Positions 1-8,075 of a DNA stretch of 64,000 nt are shown here, in pieces; position 1 is the stretch's first letter; each line of letters begins with the position of its first letter. The notes under the pieces are model-generated. The model was not told where the DNA came from, searched no databases, and worked only from the letters and a program-made list of their open reading frames with translations. The stretch comes from an uncultured Candidatus Saccharibacteria bacterium (GTDB lineage Bacteria > Patescibacteriota > Minisyncoccia > Phycocordibacterales > SBAW01), in the NCBI GenBank assembly GCA_964420015.1, contig CAYQPO010000002.1, positions 74,121 through 138,120 on the forward strand, given 5' to 3'. The position numbers were made by a program, and so were the translations under genes.

Positions 1-718
1 GTCGGTTTTTACCCTTGCAGATTGGTCCAAAAAACAGCTGCTGCTGCTCCCACGAGCTTTGGGTCAAATAGTTGGTGGTAAAGTTTTTGTAGTACTGCGG
101 TGTTTGCACGAACGCTACTGAGTCGTCGGCAAAGTAGGGTACTGTTTTAGAAAGAAAGTCTTTGTGAGGCACGTGGTCGGCATCGAAGACTGCCACCAAG
201 GGCGCTTCACAAAAGCGCAGCGCGTTGTTGATGTTGCCTGCTTTGGCGCCGCCAGGCGTCGTGCGCGTGATGCAGCACACTCCTTCTTGCTTGGCGAGCG
301 CTTCATACTCGCGCCAGTGCTCTTTTTTGGCGACAAACGAGTCGTTGAGTATGTAGACCCTGTGCTTGCGGTAGCGCATGTCGCGCGCAGCGCGCACCAC
401 CTCGCGCACTATCTCCAGTGGCTCGCCAGCCACAGTAATAAACACATCTACCGGCGGCTGGAGCGATATATCTTTAGGCGCTTGATAGGTAGTGTCCCAG
501 ACAGTGTAGAGGAAGGTGAATACCTGCCAAATGTGAAACACTTCGCCTGCGATGAGGAGCCAAAAAAGCACCGGCTCTCCGTGGGGGAAGAAAAAGGCGA
601 GTACAAAAAAGTACGCGAGTGCGAGCGTGCCGTTAAGCGCGAGTAACCACTGTGGCGTATGTGTATCTTTGAGAAAGTCGGCGCGGGCGTCTTGCGGTGG
701 CTCATATACGGTCGGCAT
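1..718 (-). CDS. Cellulose-synthase-like processive family-2 glycosyltransferase (BcsA/CesA-type catalytic subunit), N-terminal ~240 aa; gene continues past the window start
   Basis: My own minus-strand translation from the ATG at 718: MPTVYEPPQDARADFLKD...VDVFITVAGEP...ILNDS...GGAKAGNINNAL...FDADH...VQTPQ, with N-terminal TM segments. It is absent from the ORF track because no stop falls inside the window. The plus-strand ORF 164..646 is in another frame and spurious. Confidence 0.6.
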   Translation of the reverse strand, partial: MPTVYEPPQDARADFLKDTHTPQWLLALNGTLALAYFFVLAFFFPHGEPVLFWLLIAGEVFHIWQVFTFLYTVWDTTYQAPKDISLQPPVDVFITVAGEPLEIVREVVRAARDMRYRKHRVYILNDSFVAKKEHWREYEALAKQEGVCCITRTTPGGAKAGNINNALRFCEAPLVAVFDADHVPHKDFLSKTVPYFADDSVAFVQTPQYYKNFTTNYLTQSSWEQQQLFFGPICKGKNR

Positions 719-795
719 TTTGTATGATGGTGAAGCCTCTAATGATGGTGAAGACTGGGTTCATTGACTGTACGGGCCTGATGCTGAAGGTGAGC

Positions 796-2025
796 TTAAG
801 GGGTGAGCGCTCGAGCGGGTAGACTCGCGGCCAGGTTGGGCAAGAGTTGGTTGTAGAGTCCTACCCCAAACCAAGCCCAGTTGTCGTCGTAGTAGGTGAG
901 GGGTTGCTTCCACGTGTTTAGGTCAGGGTCAAAGAGCGATTGTAATTTCTTGTCGTACACTGCACTCCCTTGGCTTGGGTCGACGAGCATAAAGAAGCCG
1001 ATCGAACCGCCGTACATCGCCGGAGTTTCTTGTACGTCGAGCACAGTGCCGTCGTGGTTTATGACGCGCGGGAGCGCGCCTTGCTTACGCCACAAATCTG
1101 AAAGGATCTTCATCCTAGCGAGCGTATCGGTGGCGCGCGGCTCCCCAAACCACACGTAGTCGAGTGCTAAACGCCATGATATGCGCAGCGCATCATAGCT
1201 GTAGTTGGTGTTGGGTGTACTACTCCCTTGCGCAGTGCTCGGCGCGCTCAAGACTCCAGAGTGTTTGTTGAGCCGCAGCCAGTCCGGCGGCAGCACACCT
1301 ATCTTTGTATCAAGTGGTGCGGTAATACTGCGTCCAAGTAGAGCGTACGCGCTGTCGACTAGTTGCCCCCATGGGTGTGTTTGGTCGACTTGAGCAAAAA
1401 TGCGATAGCTCGCGGGCGAGAAGTATGAAGGGTTGAGTGCAGCAGTCGGATCACTGGAGGTTTTTTCGATGTCATCGGCAACGAGGTAGGGCGTGCCGCC
1501 TACACTCATGACCTCCTTGTTCCAAATGTCGCTGATGATCGCGCGGGAGGCATTGAGATACTGAGTGTCTTGCCAGCGCGCGTAGGCAAACACTAAAGCG
1601 AGTGCTATGTCTTGATCGGCGTCGCTCGCGGTGGTGTTGCCACCTTGGTCGATGAGTATGCCAAAGGTGCCGTCGGGGCGCCTGCCAAAGAGCCACGCAA
1701 ACAAGTGATCGTTTTTGTGCTGAAGATTATTTTTAGTCCACTGCCACGCGGCGTCGAAGGTGGCATGGTCGTCCATCCACACTGCGCGCAAAAGGGTATA
1801 CCCCTGGCCTTCGGAGGTGGTGACGTTGTTGCGTTGCTTGTCGAGCGTGCGCAGTGTGCCCGCTTCGAGATAGACTTTTTTGTACTGGTCCCAGGTCGAG
1901 CCAAGGATTTGTGAGGGGGAGAAGATAAGCGGCACCTCGCTGCGACGTGAATTTATAAAGAAGACCGCGAGGGCAAGTGCGATCGCGCCGCCGACCAGTA
2001 AGTAGCCTACAAAGCGCCGCTCCAT
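796..2025 (-). CDS. Glycoside hydrolase family 8 endoglucanase (BcsZ-like), N-terminal membrane anchor
   Basis: GH8-like motifs (WMDDHATFDAAWQW, TASDADQDIALALVFA, ARW) and an N-terminal TM helix. It lies immediately downstream of the GT2 gene on the same strand. Confidence 0.7.
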   Translation of the reverse strand: MERRFVGYLLVGGAIALALAVFFINSRRSEVPLIFSPSQILGSTWDQYKKVYLEAGTLRTLDKQRNNVTTSEGQGYTLLRAVWMDDHATFDAAWQWTKNNLQHKNDHLFAWLFGRRPDGTFGILIDQGGNTTASDADQDIALALVFAYARWQDTQYLNASRAIISDIWNKEVMSVGGTPYLVADDIEKTSSDPTAALNPSYFSPASYRIFAQVDQTHPWGQLVDSAYALLGRSITAPLDTKIGVLPPDWLRLNKHSGVLSAPSTAQGSSTPNTNYSYDALRISWRLALDYVWFGEPRATDTLARMKILSDLWRKQGALPRVINHDGTVLDVQETPAMYGGSIGFFMLVDPSQGSAVYDKKLQSLFDPDLNTWKQPLTYYDDNWAWFGVGLYNQLLPNLAASLPARALTP

Positions 2026-2217
2026 GGTTATGCTTGCGGGGTGGCGGGATTAGAGTTTCTCACAAACAAAGTATGGTCGGCTCGGAGCGCTTCCTTTTTT
2101 GGTGCGGCGACGAGTGCGAGGCCTGCAGCAAAAAGCCCGACACTGAGTGTAAGGAGTGCGTAGGTGAGCTGTGGTGAGAGGGCGGTTGAGGCGTATACAG
2201 CAGTGTCCATGATGATC

Positions 2218-3357
2218 TTACAGGTGAGCGAGTAATGGTTTTCGAATGGAGCGAAACACAAATCTGCGCGAGAGCGTGTAATTGAGTGCAAAGGTGGCAA
2301 GGGTGGTGACGACGAGCGCTATAAGATCATACACGCCTGCGATGCGCACGAGGAGATACATCATGGTGATGTTAAGGAGCAGTGCGCTCGAGGTGGCAAG
2401 ATAGAATCGGATCACTTCAGCGAGCCGCACGCGCGAGCGGAGGCGGAAGGTAAAGCGGCGGTTGAGCACAAAACTGGTCATTGTGGCAATCACAAAGGAG
2501 ATGAATTTGGCCCATACGGGCATTGGCGCAAAGAGCGGTACAAAACGAGTGAGGCCGATATAGATGCCGGTGTCTACGAGCGTGTTGACCACGCCAACGC
2601 CCATAAAGCGCAGCAACTGAAGACTGTTCTGCGGTACGCCGGTCTCGTCCAACTCAAAACGAACACGAAATACGTCGAAGAATGAGCGCACCACATCGCG
2701 TGGCCGCACGGTGCTGCCGTCTTGGTGCTGCCAGCGCACCGCAACCTCGGCTACATGTAGGTGGAGTTTTTGTGCGCGACTCAGCACCTCGTAGTCGAAC
2801 GAAAAGCGCGGCAAAAGCAAGCGGCGAAAGAGCGTGCGCGCTGCCTCGCGGCGGTAGAGCTTAAACCCGCACTGTGTGTCGTAAAAGGGGAGACGGAGCA
2901 CCAAACGTATAAGCAAGTTCCCCAGATCGCCAACAAGGCGGCGCAACAGGGGCTGCCGTATGCGGCTTTGGGGGAGTTTGCGCGAACCTATGGCAGCATC
3001 GAATCCTTGCTGCACGCGCGGCAGGAGTTTCTCTATCTCTTCGATCGGGGTAGAGAGATCGGCATCGGTGCACAAAATATAATCGCCCGAACTCGCCAAA
3101 ATGCCGCGGCGTACCGCAGCGCCTTTGCCGTGGTTTTCGGTTTGAGGGAGTACCCGCACTGCGTCAAGTTCTTGAGAGAGTGCTCGGGCAAGCATTGTTG
3201 TTTGGTCGTGGCTCCCATCGTCGACAATGAGCGTCTCGTGCTTGAGCCCGCGGCTTGCACAGTATTGTTCGATGCGACGTATCGAAGCTGCAAGACGTCG
3301 AGCTTCGTTATACGCAGGGATGACAATCGAAAGGGTGTAGGGTGGCATGTACCCCAC
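2218..3357 (-). CDS. Family-2 glycosyltransferase (dolichyl-phosphate sugar synthase-like) fused to a C-terminal GtrA-like membrane domain
   Basis: N-terminus LSIVIPAYNEA...LIVDDGSHD...CTDADLS matches the GT2 DPM-synthase-like fold. The C-terminal ~120 aa contain four TM helices of GtrA type. Confidence 0.75.
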   Translation of the reverse strand: MGYMPPYTLSIVIPAYNEARRLAASIRRIEQYCASRGLKHETLIVDDGSHDQTTMLARALSQELDAVRVLPQTENHGKGAAVRRGILASSGDYILCTDADLSTPIEEIEKLLPRVQQGFDAAIGSRKLPQSRIRQPLLRRLVGDLGNLLIRLVLRLPFYDTQCGFKLYRREAARTLFRRLLLPRFSFDYEVLSRAQKLHLHVAEVAVRWQHQDGSTVRPRDVVRSFFDVFRVRFELDETGVPQNSLQLLRFMGVGVVNTLVDTGIYIGLTRFVPLFAPMPVWAKFISFVIATMTSFVLNRRFTFRLRSRVRLAEVIRFYLATSSALLLNITMMYLLVRIAGVYDLIALVVTTLATFALNYTLSRRFVFRSIRKPLLAHL

Positions 3358-3464
3358 AGTAGTGGCCTCGGCCTTAAAAAATGCTGAATCATAAAGAATT
3401 CCTGTAGCTCAAGCAAAATTGAAAAATGCCTAAAAGTACGCTACGCTCCAGATACAACTAGTTT

Positions 3465-3540
3465 GCCGATGTAGCTCAGTTGGTAGAGCAACGCCATGGT
3501 AAGGCGTAGGTCGCCAGTTCGATCCTGGCCATCGGCTCCA
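3465..3540 (+). tRNA. tRNA-Thr (anticodon GGU), CCA encoded
   Basis: Cloverleaf folded by hand: acceptor gccgatg/catcggc, anticodon stem acgcc/ggcgt, loop atGGTaa, T-arm ggTTCGAtcc. Confidence 0.85.
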
Positions 3541-3566
3541 GAGTTTTAATGGTATAGTCCGGGTAG

Positions 3567-4091
3567 GTGTATCAATTAGGGAGATGTCCCGTGGATGACG
3601 AGAAACCGTCTCCTCCGTTGGAGATAATTCTGACCAAGCAGCAGCGCTACGAGCTCGGGCTCTCGCTTGCAGAAGCGAAGAAATATCGAGCCGATCTCAA
3701 TCAGAGGCTACGTGCGCAGCGTCACGAATATTTCACCAGTGGCGAAGTTGCGCAGCGGCGCGGCGTAGAAAACGAACTGCGCCTCGGCAATATTTTTGAA
3801 AGCTTAAGGCAACAATGGCCCGCCTGGCTGGTCAGAGTGGTGAAGGCGAGTCGTGGTCAGTGGGGGTACGATTACACCTTTGTCACCGAGGATAATATTG
3901 GCGTACTCGTGGACGTAAAGTCGTCCTTCGGTGGTTTGAGGGGCGAACGGAAAGATCGGCGAAACTGTCCCGAACGTCGAGGGATTGTCCTCGTGGTCGT
4001 TAACCCCAGGCGCACAGACCAAGAGATCTTTTCTGAGTTGATAGAGAAGATCCAAAACAGAAGACAAGGACTTCTGGCGAGCGTGGCGTAA
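3567..4091 (+). CDS. Hypothetical protein with a possible PD-(D/E)xK nuclease-like core (Hjc/VRR-NUC-like: E..R..S..D..VDVKS)
   Basis: ORF sits between two tRNA-Thr genes. The segment GVENELRLGNIFE...RVVKASRG...GYDYTFV...VLVDVKSS resembles the E/D...D-x-K nuclease motif order. The start is uncertain. Confidence 0.4.
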   Translation: MYQLGRCPVDDEKPSPPLEIILTKQQRYELGLSLAEAKKYRADLNQRLRAQRHEYFTSGEVAQRRGVENELRLGNIFESLRQQWPAWLVRVVKASRGQWGYDYTFVTEDNIGVLVDVKSSFGGLRGERKDRRNCPERRGIVLVVVNPRRTDQEIFSELIEKIQNRRQGLLASVA

Positions 4092-4168
4092 GCCACGATG
4101 CCACACTCAAAGACCACCGGTGGTCAGCCGGTGGTTTTTTTGTTGCTTTTGCTATATATTTTTGCTAT

Positions 4169-4244
4169 TGCCAGAGTAGCTCAGTTGGTAGAGCGAGGGT
4201 ATCGTAAACCCTAGGTCGCCGGTTCGATCCCGGCCTCTGGCTCC
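4169..4244 (+). tRNA. tRNA-Thr (anticodon CGU), CCA encoded
   Basis: Acceptor gccagag/ctctggc, anticodon stem agggt/accct, loop atCGTaa, T-arm ggTTCGAtcc. It is preceded by a TTTTGCTATATAT extended -10 box. Confidence 0.85.
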
Positions 4245-4270
4245 AGTTCGATAGGACTCACTGTAGACAA

Positions 4271-5134
4271 GTGGAGAACGAAAAAATAGAAACGCGGATA
4301 CGAGAGCTCGAAGCAGCGATGCAGCGGCCTGATTTTTGGTCTGAGCCTCAAACTGCTCAAGCGATGATCAAAGAGCTGCGGGATTTAAAAGCCGAGGCAG
4401 AGGGTGGCTCGGTCTACGATCGCGGTAATGCGATCGTGAGTTTTGTTGCTGGTGCCGGTGGCGATGATGCCGAAGATTTTGCAGCGATGCTTTTGCAAAT
4501 GTATACAAAGTTTACAGCAAAACGCGGATGGAGTGTCAAAGTTTTGCACGAAAACAAAAACGACCACGACGGCTACCGCAACGCCTCGATAGAGATAGAA
4601 GGGAAGGGTGCATATGGTGTTTTAAAGAATGAATACGGAGTGCACCGCTTGGTGCGCCTCTCACCGTTTAATGCCAACGACAAGCGCCATACCTCGTTTG
4701 TGCTTGTAGAAGTGCTGCCGGTGTTGCAAAAAGTCTCGCGCATTGAGCTCGACGACAAAGATTTGGAGATTTCGGTGGCGCGCTCAGGCGGCCCCGGCGG
4801 GCAAAATGTCAACAAGCGCGAAACGGCCGTGCGTATAGTCCACACGCCGACCGGCATCTCGGCTCATGTTGATGGCGAGCGCACGCAAGGGGCTAACAAA
4901 GAAAAGGCCCTCGCGATTATAAAGGCAAAACTTTTGCGCAAACTCGAAGAGGAGCGCAAGGAAAAAATTTCAGAGCTCTCTCAAGGCCAAAAAATAGAGT
5001 GGGGCAACCAGATCCGTAGCTATGTGCTGCATCCCTACAAGTTGGTTAAAGACCACCGCTCTGGTGTAGAGGTCCACGACGCCGAGGATGTTCTTGAAGG
5101 GAACATAGAACCATTTTTAGGCGGTGTATACTAG
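4271..5134 (+). CDS. prfB: Peptide chain release factor 2 (compact, no programmed frameshift)
   Basis: SPF tripeptide (RLSPFNAN) and GGQ ([11 protein letters not shown]). Only 27 nt separate it from the upstream tRNA, so there is no room for the +1 frameshift leader. The N-terminal domain is shortened relative to E. coli RF2. Confidence 0.9.
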   Translation: MENEKIETRIRELEAAMQRPDFWSEPQTAQAMIKELRDLKAEAEGGSVYDRGNAIVSFVAGAGGDDAEDFAAMLLQMYTKFTAKRGWSVKVLHENKNDHDGYRNASIEIEGKGAYGVLKNEYGVHRLVRLSPFNANDKRHTSFVLVEVLPVLQKVSRIELDDKDLEISVARSGGPGGQNVNKRETAVRIVHTPTGISAHVDGERTQGANKEKALAIIKAKLLRKLEEERKEKISELSQGQKIEWGNQIRSYVLHPYKLVKDHRSGVEVHDAEDVLEGNIEPFLGGVY

Positions 5135-5171
5135 TTGAAGGGTCCACAACTCTCACGACGGCCCTTTGCTA

Positions 5172-5852
5172 ATGATTTATTACGACCGGGTAAGCAAAAT
5201 CTACGCCGATAATTCCGTCGCACTCGAGGATGTGTCCTTCAGCATCGAGCCGGGGGAGTTTGTCTCGGTAGTGGGCCACTCAGGTGCAGGCAAAACAACG
5301 CTTGTGAAGATGCTCTTGGCTGAGGAGAAGCCCACTGCAGGCTCGGTGTTTTTTGAGTCAATCAACGTGCATGAGCTGCCGCTCAATAAAATCAATGACC
5401 TGCGCCGCAAGATCGGCACCGTGTTTCAAGATTTTCGGCTCCTCCCCAACAAAACCGCATACGAAAATATCGCCTTTGCTATGGAGGCCGCGGGCAGGAG
5501 CGAAGAGGAGATCCGCTCCGATGTGCCGCACGTGCTCGAGCTGGTCGACTTAGGCGAAAAAGCGAGCAATTTCCCCGATCAACTCAGTGGTGGCGAGCAG
5601 CAGCGGGTGGCTATCGCACGCGCGATCGTCAATCAACCCGACGTGATTGTGGCCGACGAACCCACCGGCAACCTCGACCCCGTTAACACCTTTGAGGTGG
5701 TGCAGATTCTTAAAAAAATTAACGACCTCGGCACCACCATCATCCTCACCACGCACAACAAAGGGGTGATCGACAGCCTCAAGCGCCGTGTGATCACGAT
5801 GGACCGCGGTAAAATTATCCGCGACGACAAAGAGGGCAAGTACATCTTGTAA
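5172..5852 (+). CDS. ftsE: Cell-division ABC ATPase FtsE
   Basis: Walker A GHSGAGKTT, signature [14 protein letters not shown], Walker [13 protein letters not shown]. The start sequence MIYYDRVSKIY is FtsE-like, and ftsX lies downstream. Confidence 0.9.
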   Translation: MIYYDRVSKIYADNSVALEDVSFSIEPGEFVSVVGHSGAGKTTLVKMLLAEEKPTAGSVFFESINVHELPLNKINDLRRKIGTVFQDFRLLPNKTAYENIAFAMEAAGRSEEEIRSDVPHVLELVDLGEKASNFPDQLSGGEQQRVAIARAIVNQPDVIVADEPTGNLDPVNTFEVVQILKKINDLGTTIILTTHNKGVIDSLKRRVITMDRGKIIRDDKEGKYIL

Positions 5853-5915
5853 GGTTGCACGAAGATAGTATTTTTCCTATAGTGCGGGTAGGCCAACAAC
5901 AGGGGGACCCCGACC

Positions 5916-6254
5916 ATGGCGAAATTGTTCCCGAATATGCTTCCGCAGGGCTCCAAGGGCCCGGCGGTCAACTTTCTCGGCTTCTTGCTGAGCGGGTCGC
6001 ATTGGGAAGATCCGACGAAAAAGATCGTCCTCGACGGCGACTACGCGCCCGGTGGGGCGATTGCGACGGCGGTCAAAAGTTTCCAGTCGGATTCTGACTT
6101 GGAGCCCACAGGCGACCTGGACGAAGCAACCAGGAGCGAGCTCTCGAGCGAGTTCAACGTCGACCTCGACCTGCTCACTGCGGAGATGTTTCAGGGCGAG
6201 ACTATCGTGCCCGACGACAACCAGGGTACGCTCGCGCTCCAACAAGCCAAGTAA
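5916..6254 (+). CDS. Small protein with a peptidoglycan-binding (PGBD1-like) domain, encoded between ftsE and ftsX
   Basis: GPAVNFLGFLL...DGDYAPGGAIATAVKSFQSDSDLEPTGDLDEATRSEL fits the PG_binding_1 pattern. A strong SD (AGGGGGA) lies 6 nt upstream of the ATG. Confidence 0.6.
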   Translation: MAKLFPNMLPQGSKGPAVNFLGFLLSGSHWEDPTKKIVLDGDYAPGGAIATAVKSFQSDSDLEPTGDLDEATRSELSSEFNVDLDLLTAEMFQGETIVPDDNQGTLALQQAK

Positions 6255-6326
6255 TTTGTCCAGCCACGCGCATCGTGATCGCGCCCCAACCAGGCGCGAT
6301 TCTTTTTTGTATGATACTCGGGCAAT

Positions 6327-7301
6327 TTGGTCTTAAGCTATAAAAATTTTAAGGTATACTTTTTATGTATGGACTGGGTACTCATCAAACGCATCTTGCG
6401 TGCGGGCATGCTCGATTTTAGCCGCAATGCGTTTGTCTCGATCGCGTCGATTTTGGTGATGACGGTGACGCTCTTTGTGGTTGGGGTAACCATTTTTGCA
6501 GGTGTCATTTTGGGTTCGGCCTTGCAAGAGTTGCGCGAAAAGGCCGATGTCAACGTCTACTTTGTACAAAATGCGCCCGAGCAGCAAATTATGGAGCTTA
6601 AAGCTTCGCTCGAGGCCTTGCCCGAGGTGGCTAAGGTCGACTATGTCTCATCCGACGAAGCGCTCGCGCAGTTTAGAGAGCGCCACCAAAACGACCAGCT
6701 CACCTTGGGTGCTTTGGATGAGCTTGGCCAAAACCCGCTGGGTGCCGTGCTCAACATAAAAGCCAAAGATATTTCGCAATACAATTCGATCGCTTCGTTC
6801 TTGCAAGACCAGCAAAACGAAGCAACAGGCACCGGCTCGATCATCGACAAGATCAACTACTACGACGAGTCGCACCAGCAAGCGCTCTCGCGACTCGAAC
6901 AAGTGACCAACTCCTCGCAGCGCTTGGGCTTTATTTTGGTAGTCATTCTCATTGCAACGACGATCGCGATCTCGTTTAACACGCTGCGCTTGGCCATTTA
7001 CACTAGCCGCGACGAGATCCAGGTAATGCGCCTGGTGGGTGCGGGCTCCTTCTACATCCGCGCGCCGTTTATGGTCGAGGGAGTGCTCTATGGGCTCATC
7101 GCGGCGCTCATCACGTTGCTCATATTTTATCCGCTCACCTGGTGGCTCGGTGGAGCAACGGGCAACTTTTTTGGCGGAGTGAATGTATTTAACTACTATC
7201 TTTCGCACTTCCTGTACTTTTTCCTCATTGTTGTAGGCACAGGCGTACTCCTCGGCGCCGTGGCAAGTTTCCTCGCGGTGCGCCGCTATCTTAAAATTTA
7301 G
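6327..7301 (+). CDS. ftsX: Cell-division permease FtsX (start possibly at the internal ATG ~6369)
   Basis: Four TM helices, a large extracytoplasmic loop and a C-terminal FtsX domain. It follows ftsE. Confidence 0.85.
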   Translation: MVLSYKNFKVYFLCMDWVLIKRILRAGMLDFSRNAFVSIASILVMTVTLFVVGVTIFAGVILGSALQELREKADVNVYFVQNAPEQQIMELKASLEALPEVAKVDYVSSDEALAQFRERHQNDQLTLGALDELGQNPLGAVLNIKAKDISQYNSIASFLQDQQNEATGTGSIIDKINYYDESHQQALSRLEQVTNSSQRLGFILVVILIATTIAISFNTLRLAIYTSRDEIQVMRLVGAGSFYIRAPFMVEGVLYGLIAALITLLIFYPLTWWLGGATGNFFGGVNVFNYYLSHFLYFFLIVVGTGVLLGAVASFLAVRRYLKI

Positions 7302-7459
7302 CTAACTGTGGTTTTGTTGCCACTGTTTCGACTCGCGATGCTCGACAATTTTGCGCTCCTCTTCGTCGACCTCTTGGGGGTCGCTGTAGAGCGTGAGCAG
7401 TGCGCTCAGCGCCAAGAGCAGTACAAAGAGTATAAGGCTCGCGCCTAAAAGGATATCCA
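7302..7459 (-). CDS. Possible 52-aa single-pass membrane protein (below the ORF-track size cutoff)
   Basis: Own translation: MDILLGASLILFVLLLALSALLTLYSDPQEVDEEERKIVEHRESKQWQQNHS. It is convergent with ftsX. There is no homology support. Confidence 0.25.
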
Positions 7460-7559
7460 TAACCCGCAAAGCGTACAGCGAGCGGCCTGAAGTTTGAGTG
7501 AACCAAACGGACTTTTAAATAGAGGTGTTTTTTGCTATCGTTCTTGTGTATTGGTCGGA

Positions 7560-7623
7560 ATGGGGGATCGTCCCTCGGCCGTAGACCCGTCCTACGGGCG
7601 AGGCTAATGGTAGGACGACGGAA
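7560..7623 (+). pseudogene. tRNA-Gln-like 5' fragment (acceptor + D-arm + anticodon-stem 5' strand) with a 31-nt hairpin inserted in the D-loop; no 3' half
   Basis: tgggggaTCgtc[cctcggccgtagacccgtcctacgggcgagg]ctaatggtaggacgacgga parallels the downstream tRNA-Gln tgccggaTCgtctaatggtaggacaacgga. The GIY-YIG ORF then starts immediately, and no matching 3' half follows. Confidence 0.4.
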
Positions 7624-7627
7624 TTCC

Positions 7628-7864
7628 ATGCATTATGTTTACGTCTTAAAAAGTGTGAAGGATGGTAACTTATACATTGGCTGTACGATGGACATTAATA
7701 AGCGATTTCAGCAACATGTGCGAGGTAAGGTTCGAGCAACCAAAGGCAGATTGCCGATTGAATTGATCTACAAGGAAGAATATAGTGATAAGTACGAGGC
7801 GTTTAGAAAAGAACGTTTCTATAAAACCCCAAAAGGAAAGAGAGAGCTCAAGGGGAAGATATAA
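7628..7864 (+). CDS. GIY-YIG nuclease family protein (UPF0213/YhbQ-like), 78 aa
   Basis: MHYVYVLKSVKDGNLYIGCTMDINKRFQQH is a GIY-YIG motif. The track ORF 7532..7864 extends upstream across tRNA-like sequence, so the ATG at 7628 is preferred. Confidence 0.75.
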   Translation: MHYVYVLKSVKDGNLYIGCTMDINKRFQQHVRGKVRATKGRLPIELIYKEEYSDKYEAFRKERFYKTPKGKRELKGKI

Positions 7865-7866
7865 TT

Positions 7867-7936
7867 GCCGGATCGTCTAATGGTAGGACAACGGACTCTG
7901 AATCCGTTTATCTTGGTTCGAATCCAAGTCCGGCAG
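7867..7936 (+). tRNA. tRNA-Gln (anticodon CUG), no encoded CCA
   Basis: Acceptor tgccgga/tccggca, anticodon stem acgga/tccgt, loop ctCTGaa, T-arm cttggTTCGAAtccaag. Confidence 0.8.
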
Positions 7937-7938
7937 CT

Positions 7939-8025
7939 CTTCAATTTTCGCAGACTCAAATTTCAGAGTCTGCGCCCCGTCCCTCAATTTCTCGGGAGGG
8001 GGCTTCGACCCGTAGAAAATTGAAG
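7939..8025 (+). other. Nested inverted-repeat RNA structure directly 3' of tRNA-Gln (outer 11-bp stem enclosing two hairpins)
   Basis: The outer stem cttcaattttc (7939-7949) pairs with gaaaattgaag (8015-8025). Inside lie hairpin 1 (gcagactc-aaatttca-gagtctgc) and hairpin 2 (ccctc-aatttctcg-ggaggg). No T-tract follows. Confidence 0.4.
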
Positions 8026-8075
8026 ATACCGAGCGAGTGCCTGACGAAGGAAGGCCGACGAGGTAGAATTGTTTT

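Noticed and set aside
115-705. Track ORFs 164..646(+), 115..336(-), 448..705(-)
   Set aside because: None has a recognisable motif. The same DNA encodes a convincing BcsA-like GT2 in a different minus-strand frame, so these are overlapping-frame artefacts.
4245-4300. Programmed +1 frameshift site for prfB
   Set aside because: I searched for it, but the gene begins 27 nt after a tRNA. There is no upstream ORF0 and no CUU-UGA context.
7532-7627. N-terminal 32 codons of track ORF 7532..7864
   Set aside because: They translate a tRNA-like sequence (D-arm and anticodon stem). The GIY-YIG domain begins at the internal ATG 7628.
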